Source: Eubacterium sp.
Lineage (GTDB): Bacteria; Bacillota; Clostridia; Lachnospirales; Lachnospiraceae
Assembly (NCBI GenBank): GCA_024684035.1
Contig: JAIKXQ010000059.1
Location: forward strand, 12,232 to 76,231
Length of the DNA stretch: 64,000 nucleotides
Direction of reading: 5' to 3'
Each line of letters opens with the position of its first letter. The first letter of the stretch is position 1. This document shows, one piece after another, positions 17,342-26,733 of this stretch. Below the pieces are notes generated by a model. The model was given only the letters and a program-made list of their open reading frames with translations, was not told where the DNA came from and searched no databases. Both the position numbers and the translations under genes were made by a program.

Positions 17342-19193
17342 TGCAGACGCCTCCTTTGTATGCTGTGCAGCCGCAGCCTCCGCAGGCCTGACGGCAGTTC
17401 GGAGTGATGACGGCCTGCTGTGCTTTTTCCCACTCGCGGATCAGGAATTTCTTGGATACGCCGCAGTCCAGAAGATCCCAGGGAAGGATCTCGTCGATGC
17501 TGCGCACTCTTGCTGTGTAGAAATAAGGATCAATGCCGGTCTTCTCGAAGGCCTGATTCCACTTCTCTCTGTCAAAATTCTCCGTCCATGCGTCAAAGAT
17601 ACAGCCGCTGTTGTAGGCTTCCTCAATAGCCGCTGCCACACGGCGGTCACCTCTGGCAAGAACACCCTCAAGTTCGGAGACATAGGCGTCGTGATAGGTG
17701 TAACGGATGCTCTTCTGGTTCGGCATTGCCCGGACTTCATCCTTGACCATATGTGCCTTGTCCAGGAATTCCTGTTCCGTGTTCATCGGAGCCCACTGGA
17801 AGGGCGTGAAAGGCTTGGGAACAAAGAAGGAACTGCTGGCGGTGATGGAAATCTTGCCCACACGTTCTTCCTTCGGGATATTGTCATAATAACACTCGGC
17901 AACCCGCTGGCAGAGATGGGCGATATCCTTGATATCCTCTTCCGTTTCACCCGGATGTCCGAGCATGAAGTAGAATTTCACCTTGTTCCATCCGCCCTTA
18001 AATGCCTCAAGGGCACCGTTCATGATATTCTCCTCTGTGATTCCCTTGTTGATGACGTTGCGCATCCTCTGGGAACCCGCCTCTGCGGCAAAGGTAAGAC
18101 TGCTCTTCTTCACATCCTGTACCTTGGACATAATGTCAAGGGAAAAGGCGTCGATTCGAAGAGAAGGCAGGGAGATGTTGATTCCCTTTTCCTTGCAGAT
18201 TTCAATGAGAAAGTTCAGGAGCTCATCCAGCTGTGAATAGTCAGAACTGGACAGCGAGCTGAGGGTGATCTCATCGTAGCCGGTGTTTTTCAGCATAATC
18301 TCAGCCTGCTGCTTCAGCTTCTCCACGTTCTTTTCACGCAAAGGCCGGTAGAGCATGCCGGCCTGGCAGAACCGGCAGCCGCGGATGCAGCCGCGCTGAA
18401 TCTCCAGGACTACTCTGTCCTGTGTCGCCTGGATATAGGGAACGACAGGGGCATCCGGGTAGCTGACATTGCTGAAATCCATAACAATCTGTTTGGTGAT
18501 CTTCTCGGGCACAGAGTCGTCGACGCGTCCCAGTGAAGACAGCGTTCCGTCTTCGCCGTAGGTGCAGTCATAGAACTGCGGCACGTAGAGCCCCTTGATA
18601 TTTGCCGCCCTTCGCAGGAATTCTTTTCTGGTCATGCCGGTTGCCTTTTTCATCTTGTAGAGAACGAAGAGATCGTCATAGGCAATTTCTCCTTCTCCGA
18701 TATAGAAGAGATCGAAAAACTCTGCAATGGGCTCCGGGTTGTAGGTACACGGACCTCCTCCGATGACGATGGGGTCATCCTCTTTCCGGTCAACGGCGTG
18801 GAGGGGAATCTCTGAGAGATCCAGAACCTGCAGAATGTTTGTATAGCACATCTCATACTGGATGGTGATTCCGAGAAAATCGAAATCGCGGATCGGATCC
18901 TGGGATTCCAGGGCAAAAAGGGGAAACTTCTGCTCTCTCATTACCTTGTCCAGATCCGGCCACGGAGAATAGACTCTTTCGCACCAGATATCTTCTCTTT
19001 TATTGAACATGTCGTAGAGGATCTGAATTCCCAGGTGGGACATTCCGATCTCGTATACGTCCGGGAAACACATGGCAAAGCGAATGTCAACGGAAGACGG
19101 ATCCTTCATCACCGAGTTGACTTCGTTACCGATGTAGCGCTCCGGTTTTTCGATATTCATCAGAATATCATCATCTAAAGCAAGTTTGCGCAT
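17325..19193 (-). CDS. B12-binding-type radical SAM protein (TIGR03960-type)
   Basis: FPDVYEIGMSHLG, RGCIRGCRFC (CX3CX2C), SLPSLR, FVPKPFTPFQW. Confidence 0.92.
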   Translation of the reverse strand: MRKLALDDDILMNIEKPERYIGNEVNSVMKDPSSVDIRFAMCFPDVYEIGMSHLGIQILYDMFNKREDIWCERVYSPWPDLDKVMREQKFPLFALESQDPIRDFDFLGITIQYEMCYTNILQVLDLSEIPLHAVDRKEDDPIVIGGGPCTYNPEPIAEFFDLFYIGEGEIAYDDLFVLYKMKKATGMTRKEFLRRAANIKGLYVPQFYDCTYGEDGTLSSLGRVDDSVPEKITKQIVMDFSNVSYPDAPVVPYIQATQDRVVLEIQRGCIRGCRFCQAGMLYRPLREKNVEKLKQQAEIMLKNTGYDEITLSSLSSSDYSQLDELLNFLIEICKEKGINISLPSLRIDAFSLDIMSKVQDVKKSSLTFAAEAGSQRMRNVINKGITEENIMNGALEAFKGGWNKVKFYFMLGHPGETEEDIKDIAHLCQRVAECYYDNIPKEERVGKISITASSSFFVPKPFTPFQWAPMNTEQEFLDKAHMVKDEVRAMPNQKSIRYTYHDAYVSELEGVLARGDRRVAAAIEEAYNSGCIFDAWTENFDREKWNQAFEKTGIDPYFYTARVRSIDEILPWDLLDCGVSKKFLIREWEKAQQAVITPNCRQACGGCGCTAYKGGVCIESKS

Positions 19194-19310
19194 ATATACC
19201 TCTTGTTCTTTTGGTGTCAGTATAACGGTTCATAAAAAACGATCGTTATACCGGATGTAAAAGTTTGTACTGCAGTTTCGAACGGACAGCCCGATTCGTT
19301 GCTGCACATC

Positions 19311-19343
19311 AAAAGGGACTGTCTAGTGTTGCGGCAGCCCCTT
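19311..19343 (-). terminator. Terminator after the hydrogenase gene
   Basis: AAGGGGCTGCC/GACAGTCCCTT stem then TT on the - strand. Confidence 0.6.
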
Positions 19344-19355
19344 GAACATCCTTAA

Positions 19356-20897
19356 TTATTTGTTTTCAGCTTCCCTTGCGGCTCTCTCAGCCTTCTCGGC
19401 TTCAGTCTCGATCCATGCCTTGTGGATGATATCATCGCGGAACATGGAGAATTTATCCATTGGATACTGTTTCAGATTTTCGAGAACTTTGCGTCCGTCC
19501 GCCTGCTTGAGAAGAACTTCCCGTGCCTTCAGTGTCTCAGACTCTGTCCTGTGTTTGGAAGGACCGCCCACGCATCCACCGGGACAAACCATGCCCTCGA
19601 CGAAATCTTCCGGAAGTTTTCCGAACTGAAGCAGGGTGAGAGCCTTGCGGCATTCATCGCCTCCGGCACATTTGCGGAGACTGATATCGTTGGTATCCAC
19701 ACCTCTCTCTTCCATACACTCGATGACAGCCTTTGCTACACCGCCGGAAGTTGCAAAGCGTTTACCGAAGATGGATGACTCCTGATACTTGTCCTCGCAG
19801 GGTTTTAATTCAACGTCCTTGGAGCGGAGGAACGCACGGAATTCTCCGTAGGTAAGAACGTAATCCGCATTTTCTGCCACAAGTTCTTTGTCTGCAGCCT
19901 CGGATTTTTTCGCGATACAGGGGCCCACAAAGACAGTGATGCATCCGGGATGTGTGGCCTTCAGATATCTGGAAATCGCACACATCGGTGAGACAACGGA
20001 CGACATATTGTTCTTGTAGAGATCAGGGAAATGCTTGCGGAGCATATTGATGAACGCCGGACAACAGCTGGTGGTCATCTTTTTGCCGGCCTCTTTGGCC
20101 TCGCTCCATTCCTCTGACTCATAGGCGGCGGTCATATCTCCTCCAAGACCTACCTCAACCATATCCGTAAAGCCCATCTCTTTGCAGGCTACGCGGATGG
20201 AACCCATGGTAATATCGGGGCCGAACTGGCCCTCTGTCGCAGGCGCGCACATCGCAAAAACTTCCCGGTCGGACTTGATGTCAGCGATGATACCCGGGAG
20301 ATTGGATTTGGAAGCCGGAGCTCCGAAGGGGCATGCATGGATACAGTGACCGCAGTTGATGCATTTCTCCTCGTCGATAATGCAGATGCCATATTCATTG
20401 TAGGTGATGGCACCTACCGGGCAGGCCTTCTTACAGGGTCGCTCAAGGTGAACGATCGCATTATAAGGACAGGCCTGTGCACACTTGCCGCACTCACGGC
20501 ATTTGGTGGGATCGATATGAGATCTGTGGTTACCAATGGAAATGGCGTCGAACTTACAGGCATTTTTACAGGCCTGACCCATACATTTCCGGCAGTTGTC
20601 GGTTACAGAATACGAAGAAATCGGACACTCCTCACAGGCCGGGCTGAGAATCTGTACAATGTTTGTGGAGTCATTTCCCGGTGTCGGGTTTTTGCCCTCC
20701 GCGAGACGGATTCTCTGTTTTACAAGTTCCCGGTCCTTATATACACAGCAGCGGTATTTGGCCAGGGGACCGGGAATCAGCTCGTAGACCAGTTTCTGTT
20801 TTCCTTCTTCGTTCAATTCATCTTTCCAGGCAAGTCTTGCGACTTCCTCCAGAATCTTGTGCTTCAGATCAAGTAAGCTCGCGTCATTGGTAATCAT
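19356..20897 (-). CDS. Monomeric [FeFe] hydrogenase, group B-like, with ferredoxin-type 4Fe-4S domains
   Basis: H-cluster motifs TSCCP, GPCIAKKSE and EGMVCPGGCVGGP; several CX2CX2CX3C motifs. Confidence 0.88.
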   Translation of the reverse strand: MITNDASLLDLKHKILEEVARLAWKDELNEEGKQKLVYELIPGPLAKYRCCVYKDRELVKQRIRLAEGKNPTPGNDSTNIVQILSPACEECPISSYSVTDNCRKCMGQACKNACKFDAISIGNHRSHIDPTKCRECGKCAQACPYNAIVHLERPCKKACPVGAITYNEYGICIIDEEKCINCGHCIHACPFGAPASKSNLPGIIADIKSDREVFAMCAPATEGQFGPDITMGSIRVACKEMGFTDMVEVGLGGDMTAAYESEEWSEAKEAGKKMTTSCCPAFINMLRKHFPDLYKNNMSSVVSPMCAISRYLKATHPGCITVFVGPCIAKKSEAADKELVAENADYVLTYGEFRAFLRSKDVELKPCEDKYQESSIFGKRFATSGGVAKAVIECMEERGVDTNDISLRKCAGGDECRKALTLLQFGKLPEDFVEGMVCPGGCVGGPSKHRTESETLKAREVLLKQADGRKVLENLKQYPMDKFSMFRDDIIHKAWIETEAEKAERAAREAENK

Positions 20898-21359
20898 AGT
20901 TTCATCCTTTCATATGAGTCTATCGCTGTGTTGCGCGTTTCATAGCTGTTCTTAATCACTTCTTCTGATCCTCTCACGGAATTCCGGAGAAGATCCGGTA
21001 CCACAATTCTTCCGGTGCAACAGAAACTCTGATTGAAAAATCTGTCACACAAATACTCCGATCCGTAAAAGTCCGCACTTCTTTTCGTTTTAGGAAAAAT
21101 ATACTTTTAAAGACAGGAATTCCCCTGTCTACGGAGCGATTATATTTTACTATGTTTATGAATTTCTTGCAACGTGTACCGGCATGACGGTTTTGAACAG
21201 TGCTTCCTCTACACCGGGAAAAACAAAAGAAGACTTGTCCGTGGACGACCTCAATGCTACACTGTAGCTGTTGAAATAAAACAGAAGGTTATGCGCTTCG
21301 CATCGCTGAATGTGAAGTGGATCCCTATCTTATAAAAACATGAAAAGAGGGCCAAAACG

Positions 21360-21641
21360 ATGAAGTTCTTTTATCCTGTAATCGTTACAAAAAAAGAAGA
21401 AGGCTATTATGCTGAATTTCCGGATCTGGAGATGTGTACGGCTAAGGGTGAAACTCTCGACGACGTTCTGGAGAATGCCCGTGAGGCTGCCTACACCTGG
21501 ATTGACACGGAACTTCAGGAGGATGATCCGCAGCTTCCCGCCTCATCCGACAAGGCTGATCTTCAGGCCGAAGCCGGACCGGACCAGGATGTAAGAGAAA
21601 TCCTGATCACATATCGTATGATGGATGGCTGGGAGGAGTGA
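21360..21641 (+). CDS. Stand-alone HicB-like protein
   Basis: YPVIV..GYYAEFPDL.MC.A.GET.DD..ENAREA, typical HicB N-terminal fold. Confidence 0.8.
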   Translation: MKFFYPVIVTKKEEGYYAEFPDLEMCTAKGETLDDVLENAREAAYTWIDTELQEDDPQLPASSDKADLQAEAGPDQDVREILITYRMMDGWEE

Positions 21642-21644
21642 TCC

Positions 21645-21696
21645 TCTCAGGATTGAAGGGCTGGGGGAGTCGAAGTCCGCTTGCGGACTTTGTTCA
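21645..21696 (+). repeat. Family 2 copy 2, lying inside the 3' end of the vanZ-like CDS
   Basis: CTCTCAGGATTGAAGGGCTGGGGGAGTCGAAGTCCGCTTGCGGACTTTGTTCA. Confidence 0.75.
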
Positions 21697-22255
21697 TCCG
21701 TCCCGCAAAACGCAGGAAAAGCAGAGCAAGAAGAATACCGGCCAGGACTCCGCCGGAGTCGATCAGAACGTCCGTGAACTGTCCGCTTCTGCCGGGCACA
21801 AACAACTGATGGATTTCATCCGAAGCCGCATAGAGCGCACCCAGAGTAAAGGAGGCGCCTGTGCGGCTTCGTTTTATGATCCCCTTTTTGACGTTGTTCA
21901 GTTCTGCATCCCGGTGGTTAAGTGGATACAGAGTGGCAAAAAGAAGTATGCCGAGAATGGCGTACTCGGTGGCGTGGGCTGCTTTTCGCATCGGGTAGTC
22001 CATCTTTTCCGCAAAGCTTTCTTTTTTCTCTTCCGGCCAGTTTTTGAATCCGGGAACCAGAAGCTCACCGGCCATCCGTCCCCAGAACATGCTTGTGTCC
22101 GTGGACTCTTCCGCCGGCTGTGCGGAAAACGTAAATATGACAAGCATCCAGGTGATGGTGAGAAAAAGCAGAATCGTGAAAGCTGTCCTGTGTTTTTGTT
22201 TTCCGTTCCTGGCAACCTTTGCCTGGGTGTCTGTCGAAAGGTTTGGTTTATTCAT
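21647..22255 (-). CDS. VanZ family membrane protein
   Basis: WMLVIFTFSAQ, MRKAAHATEYAILG, YAASDEIHQLFVPGRSG..DV.ID. Confidence 0.9.
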   Translation of the reverse strand: MNKPNLSTDTQAKVARNGKQKHRTAFTILLFLTITWMLVIFTFSAQPAEESTDTSMFWGRMAGELLVPGFKNWPEEKKESFAEKMDYPMRKAAHATEYAILGILLFATLYPLNHRDAELNNVKKGIIKRSRTGASFTLGALYAASDEIHQLFVPGRSGQFTDVLIDSGGVLAGILLALLFLRFAGRMNKVRKRTSTPPALQS

Positions 22256-22377
22256 TGCTGTTCTATCCTTGTGTTCGTGATTGTTACATTCTAATATAAC
22301 GGTTTTTAAATAACTCTACTTATGCTAGCCCGCTTGTCTCGATAGCACGCACCTGCAAGCTCACTCTTCCGCAGGTA

Positions 22378-23034
22378 TTAGTACCCCCGGTTGTCTGTCA
22401 GCATATAGAGCAGGGCATTGCAGATGCAGGCGGCGATATTACTTCCGCCCTTCCGCCCTCTGGCCACGATGCAGGGAACACCCGTATTGATGATAAGCTC
22501 CTTGGAAGCCACGACATTCACAAAGCCGACGGGGACTCCGATCACAAGTCGGGGATCGATCCGTTTTTCATCAATGAGCTGACTTAAGTGGATCAAAGCT
22601 GTCGGAGCATTGCCGATGGCAAAGATCAGCGGGCGGTTCAGTGATGCCGCTTTCTCCATGCTGACCACGGCCCGGGTAACTCCCCTGCGCTTTGCTTCTT
22701 CGGCAACATCTTCGTCGGACATGAAACAGAGCACTTCTCCTCCGTATCTTTTCAGAACGTTTTTGTTGATGCCGGATCTGGCCATCTGGGTATCTGTCAC
22801 AATGGAGGCACCCTCACGGATGGCCGCGAGCGCCTGTTCCACACAGCCGTCGGAGAAATAGAGATTCTCCGCGTAATCAAAATCTGCCGATGTGTGGATG
22901 CATCTCTTGACAATCAGCTCTGTGCCGGGTTTCAGAAGCTTTTCTCTCTCTCCCAGCTCTTCGGAGATGATCTCGAAGCTTCTCTTTTCAATGTCCATCG
23001 GGCGGATCTGCTCGATTTCAATTTTTTTTCTCAT
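22378..23034 (-). CDS. cbiC: Cobalt-precorrin-8 methylmutase (CbiC/CobH)
   Basis: IEKRSFEII, IHTSADF, AIGNAPTAL, GVPVGFV, GRKGGSNIAA. Confidence 0.95.
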   Translation of the reverse strand: MRKKIEIEQIRPMDIEKRSFEIISEELGEREKLLKPGTELIVKRCIHTSADFDYAENLYFSDGCVEQALAAIREGASIVTDTQMARSGINKNVLKRYGGEVLCFMSDEDVAEEAKRRGVTRAVVSMEKAASLNRPLIFAIGNAPTALIHLSQLIDEKRIDPRLVIGVPVGFVNVVASKELIINTGVPCIVARGRKGGSNIAACICNALLYMLTDNRGY

Positions 23035-23040
23035 CGGAAC

Positions 23041-24576
23041 TTATATCCCTTTCTCAAGTATCTCATAGACTTTTTTCATGTCAAGGCTCTCCCTGAGCCC
23101 TTCTGCCAGCAGATCAAACTGTGACTCTTTAAATGTCTGATAGTCTGTCGTTTTCATGCCGGAGGTATCAATGCCTTTTGCCGCTCCGAGGTCGGCGATG
23201 ATGGCAGCGGTGATCTCATCGCTGTCAAAAATGCCGTGGATGTAAGTCCCGTAGACATTTCCGCACTGTGCCCCATCGAAGACAGTTTCGTTTCCTATGC
23301 GGTTGATTTCGGTCAGTGGAGCGGAAAACGAAGGCTTTCCTGTCGACCGGCCGGAAGGTTCCGGCATGCTCTGCCCCATGTGGATCTCATATCCCTCAAA
23401 GGAAAGACCCGAGAGCGAATGAAGAATTCCGCCGACTTTCTGTATGCGCCCTTTTGTCTGGGTGCGGGTCTTTGCTGTGGAAAATGTGGTTTTCACCGGA
23501 AGCAGTCCAAGGCCTCTCGCTGTCCCGCCTTCCTCTGTGTGGAAAGGATCAGAAAGTCCGGTTCCAAGCATCTGAAAACCACCGCAGATTCCGAAGATCG
23601 GCGTTCCCGCTGCTGCAGCTTTCAGGATGGCAGCCTCCAGTCCGTTCTGACGGAGCCACAGAAGATCACCCATGGTATTTTTGGTACCGGGAAGAATAAT
23701 CATATCGGGATTTTTTAGTTCCCTGACATTCGTTACATAGCGAAGGGAAAGCCCTTCGATGCTCTGGAAGGGATTGAAGTCTGTGAAATTGGAAATCCGT
23801 GGCAGACGGATCACCGCGATGTCGAGGAGGGCCGCTGCACTCTTTTGTTCAAAGCGTTCGGACAGACTGTCTTCATCTTCGATATCCAGCTGCATGTAGG
23901 GAGTAACGCCGATGACAGGAATGTGGCATCTGGCCTCCAGCATTTCCACGCCGGGATCGAGGATGGTCTTGTCTCCACGGAATTTATTGATGATCAGTCC
24001 CTTCACCATAGCTCTCTCATCGTCATCTAAGAGTGCCGTTGTTCCGTAGAGCTGGGCAAAGACACCGCCGCGGTCAATGTCCCCTACGAGCAGAACCGGT
24101 GAGGAGGCGATCTTCGCCATGCCCATATTCACGAAACAGTCGTCGTTCTTGAGATTGATCTCCGCAGGACTTCCCGCGCCCTCAATGACGATGATGTCGT
24201 TTTCCTGCGCCAGGGAGTCATAGGCACTTCGGACAGCCGGAATCAACTCCGGTTTGTATTTGAAGTAATCCCGGGCATTCATCGTGGCGATGACTTCACC
24301 GTTTACGATGACCTGGGATCCCACGTCACTGGTAGGCTTCAGGAGAATCGGATTCATTCGCACATCCGGCGCCAGACCGGCACACTCCGCCTGCATAACC
24401 TGGGCACGCCCCATCTCCAGACCGTCCTTCGTAATGTAGGAATTCAGCGCCATATTCTGTGCCTTAAAAGGCGCAACCCTGTAGCCGTCCTGGCGGAAAA
24501 TCCTGCACAGCCCGGCTGCCAGAAGGCTCTTCCCGGCATTGGACATGGTTCCCTGAATCATAATTGCTTTTGCCAT
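23041..24576 (-). CDS. cbiP: Cobyric acid synthase (CbiP/CobQ)
   Basis: [50 protein letters not shown]. Confidence 0.96.
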   Translation of the reverse strand: MAKAIMIQGTMSNAGKSLLAAGLCRIFRQDGYRVAPFKAQNMALNSYITKDGLEMGRAQVMQAECAGLAPDVRMNPILLKPTSDVGSQVIVNGEVIATMNARDYFKYKPELIPAVRSAYDSLAQENDIIVIEGAGSPAEINLKNDDCFVNMGMAKIASSPVLLVGDIDRGGVFAQLYGTTALLDDDERAMVKGLIINKFRGDKTILDPGVEMLEARCHIPVIGVTPYMQLDIEDEDSLSERFEQKSAAALLDIAVIRLPRISNFTDFNPFQSIEGLSLRYVTNVRELKNPDMIILPGTKNTMGDLLWLRQNGLEAAILKAAAAGTPIFGICGGFQMLGTGLSDPFHTEEGGTARGLGLLPVKTTFSTAKTRTQTKGRIQKVGGILHSLSGLSFEGYEIHMGQSMPEPSGRSTGKPSFSAPLTEINRIGNETVFDGAQCGNVYGTYIHGIFDSDEITAAIIADLGAAKGIDTSGMKTTDYQTFKESQFDLLAEGLRESLDMKKVYEILEKGI

Positions 24577-24597
24577 TTGTTGTATATTCCTCTCTTG

Positions 24598-25647
24598 TTA
24601 CTGAACCTGTTCAGGATGAAAGTTTCTCAGCGCCTCGATCAGCTTTACATTTTCGTCATGAAGTCGAATGGCAACCCTGTAATAGCCCTCCACAAGTCCA
24701 CGGTAGTTGGAGCAGTCCCGGATCAGGATTTTTCGTTCCAGCACAGACTCTTTGAGTCCGGCAGGTCCTTTGAAGAAGAGATAATCGGCGCTTCCGTCAT
24801 ATACGGTAAGACCGCATGCCTGAAGTTCTTTCTTTAGCCACTCCCGTTCTTTGGCAAGGTATTCCATCGTGTGTTCCAGATAAGACGTTTCCTGAAGTGC
24901 CGCAATGCCGGCTTTCTGGGCCGGTAGGGAAACACTCCAGGGCTGTACATAGCCATGCATTTTTTCCAGAAATGCAGTGTCGCCGCAAAGACCGTAGCCG
25001 AGCCGAAGACCCGCCATGGCATACTTTTTTGTAAATGCTTTCAGGACAAAAAGATTCGGATATTGATCAAGGTATGGCACCAGGGATCGGCCTTTTTCGA
25101 CGCAGAAGTCCAGAAAGCATTCATCCACCAGAAGCCGGATGTTGTTCAGCCTGCAGAGTCGGAGAACTTCGGTAAGGAGGTCCGGGTCTATCAGCAGACC
25201 GGTGGGATTGTTGGGATTGCAGAGGACGACCAGATCCAGATCCGGGTCCAGGCGATCCGTCAGATCCTGTCGGAAGTTAAAGCCGTCTTCAACTCTCAGA
25301 TGATAAAAATCTATGTGGCAGTTTACACTCATCATCGCCTGTTCGTATTCCGCAAAAGCAGGCGCAGGAAGAAGGGCTCTCCTTGGCTTTAAGGCAGCCG
25401 CGTAGGTAAATAAAAGCTCTGCCGCTCCGTTTCCACAGATAATCTGAGAAGGTGCGCTGCCTTCAGAGACAGCGATGGCAGTGACAAGTTCCCGGCATAG
25501 CGGATCCGGGTAGCTGCTGATTGATGTAAGTGCCTCAGCGGCCGCCCGGATCACAGATTCCGGTGTCCCGAAAGGATTCATATTTGAAGAAAAGTCGATG
25601 ACGCCGGGATGACTGTAGACATCACCGCCGTGGATGATTTTTGACAT
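24598..25647 (-). CDS. cobD: L-threonine-O-3-phosphate decarboxylase (PLP)
   Basis: HGGD, DFSSNMNP, CNPNNPTG, DECFLDF, AFTKKYAMAGLRLGY; cob context. Confidence 0.9.
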   Translation of the reverse strand: MSKIIHGGDVYSHPGVIDFSSNMNPFGTPESVIRAAAEALTSISSYPDPLCRELVTAIAVSEGSAPSQIICGNGAAELLFTYAAALKPRRALLPAPAFAEYEQAMMSVNCHIDFYHLRVEDGFNFRQDLTDRLDPDLDLVVLCNPNNPTGLLIDPDLLTEVLRLCRLNNIRLLVDECFLDFCVEKGRSLVPYLDQYPNLFVLKAFTKKYAMAGLRLGYGLCGDTAFLEKMHGYVQPWSVSLPAQKAGIAALQETSYLEHTMEYLAKEREWLKKELQACGLTVYDGSADYLFFKGPAGLKESVLERKILIRDCSNYRGLVEGYYRVAIRLHDENVKLIEALRNFHPEQVQ

Positions 25648-25734
25648 AATGTGTCTCTTTTCCTGTAATGGATTTACGTTTGGGATTTGTGTTTGATGTT
25701 CGCGCTGACTTTAAAACTCAGCGTCGAAGAACAG

Positions 25735-26727
25735 CTATACTAGTATCAGTGCCAGAGCTCTCAGAGATGCAAAGAGGATCAGGGCTGCGATGGATGTAAG
25801 GTTCATCAGCGTTCCTGCTCTCGGGATGTCTTCGGCCTCGATTTCCCGGACCGGATCTCCGATGGAGGGTTTGTGTACGAGTTTACCGAAATAGCTCGCG
25901 TCTCCTGCCAGGCGCACACCAAGAGCGCCGGCCATGGCCGCCTCCGTCTGCGCAGAATTCGGACTGGCATGTTTCTTCCGGTCTCTTTTGAAAATCTTCC
26001 ATGCATTCTTTCGGTCGTAGCCGCCAATTCCAGACATCAGCACCATGATAAGTCCCGCGATTCTGGCCGGGATGAAATTCACCAGATCATCCAGGTGGGC
26101 GGCAAAAGAGCCGAAATGAAGGTACTTTTTGTTCTTGTATCCAATCATGGAGTCCAGTGTATTTACGGACTTGTAGAAAAATCCTCCGGCTGCGCCGCCG
26201 ATGGCGATAAAGAACAGAGGCGCAACCACGCCGTCAGAAGTATTTTCCGCGACGGTTTCCACCGCCGCCCGGGTGACACCGGCACGGTCAAGCTTCCCGG
26301 TATCTCTTCCGACAATCATGGATACCGCCTGGCGGGCATCTTCCAGGGTACCTTTTTTCAGGGCATGGTAAACCTTGCCGCTCTCCTTCCGAAGGGAAGT
26401 GGCTGCCAGCATCTGGCTGCACCAGAAAGTCTCCAGAATAAAGGCGGCAATTATGTTTATCTTTTTTACAAGGAGCAGAAGGATCAGAGGAAGCAGGGTG
26501 CTGACAAGAACAGTCGTCATGGCCGTGTATAAGCCGGCCTGCCACTCCCCTTTTTTGTCTCTGGTATTCATGCTCCGGAAAAGCTTTTCCAGGTACCCGA
26601 TGAGACTACCTATGATCCGCACCGGATGGTACAGAAATTCGGGATCACCGATGAGTTGATCCAGGAGAAAACCGAGGATCATGGCCGGGAGGATGGGTTC
26701 ACGGGTTAACAGTTGCACAAGGTACAT
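25735..26727 (-). CDS. cbiB: Adenosylcobinamide-phosphate synthase
   Basis: DQLIGDP..HPV, ETVAENTSDG, YKSVNTLDSMIGY, SPNSA. Confidence 0.95.
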   Translation of the reverse strand: MYLVQLLTREPILPAMILGFLLDQLIGDPEFLYHPVRIIGSLIGYLEKLFRSMNTRDKKGEWQAGLYTAMTTVLVSTLLPLILLLLVKKINIIAAFILETFWCSQMLAATSLRKESGKVYHALKKGTLEDARQAVSMIVGRDTGKLDRAGVTRAAVETVAENTSDGVVAPLFFIAIGGAAGGFFYKSVNTLDSMIGYKNKKYLHFGSFAAHLDDLVNFIPARIAGLIMVLMSGIGGYDRKNAWKIFKRDRKKHASPNSAQTEAAMAGALGVRLAGDASYFGKLVHKPSIGDPVREIEAEDIPRAGTLMNLTSIAALILFASLRALALILV

Positions 26728-26733
26728 ACATTT

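Noticed and set aside
21120-21180. Possible Rex box upstream of the hydrogenase (TTATGAATTTCTTGCAAC)
   Set aside because: Too many mismatches to TTGTGAA-N4-TTCACAA to support
22320-22370. Fragments GCCCGCTTG and GCACCTGCAA after cbiC, and GCGCTGACTTT near 25700, resembling repeat-family modules
   Set aside because: Matches of about 10 bp only; cannot be separated from chance by eye
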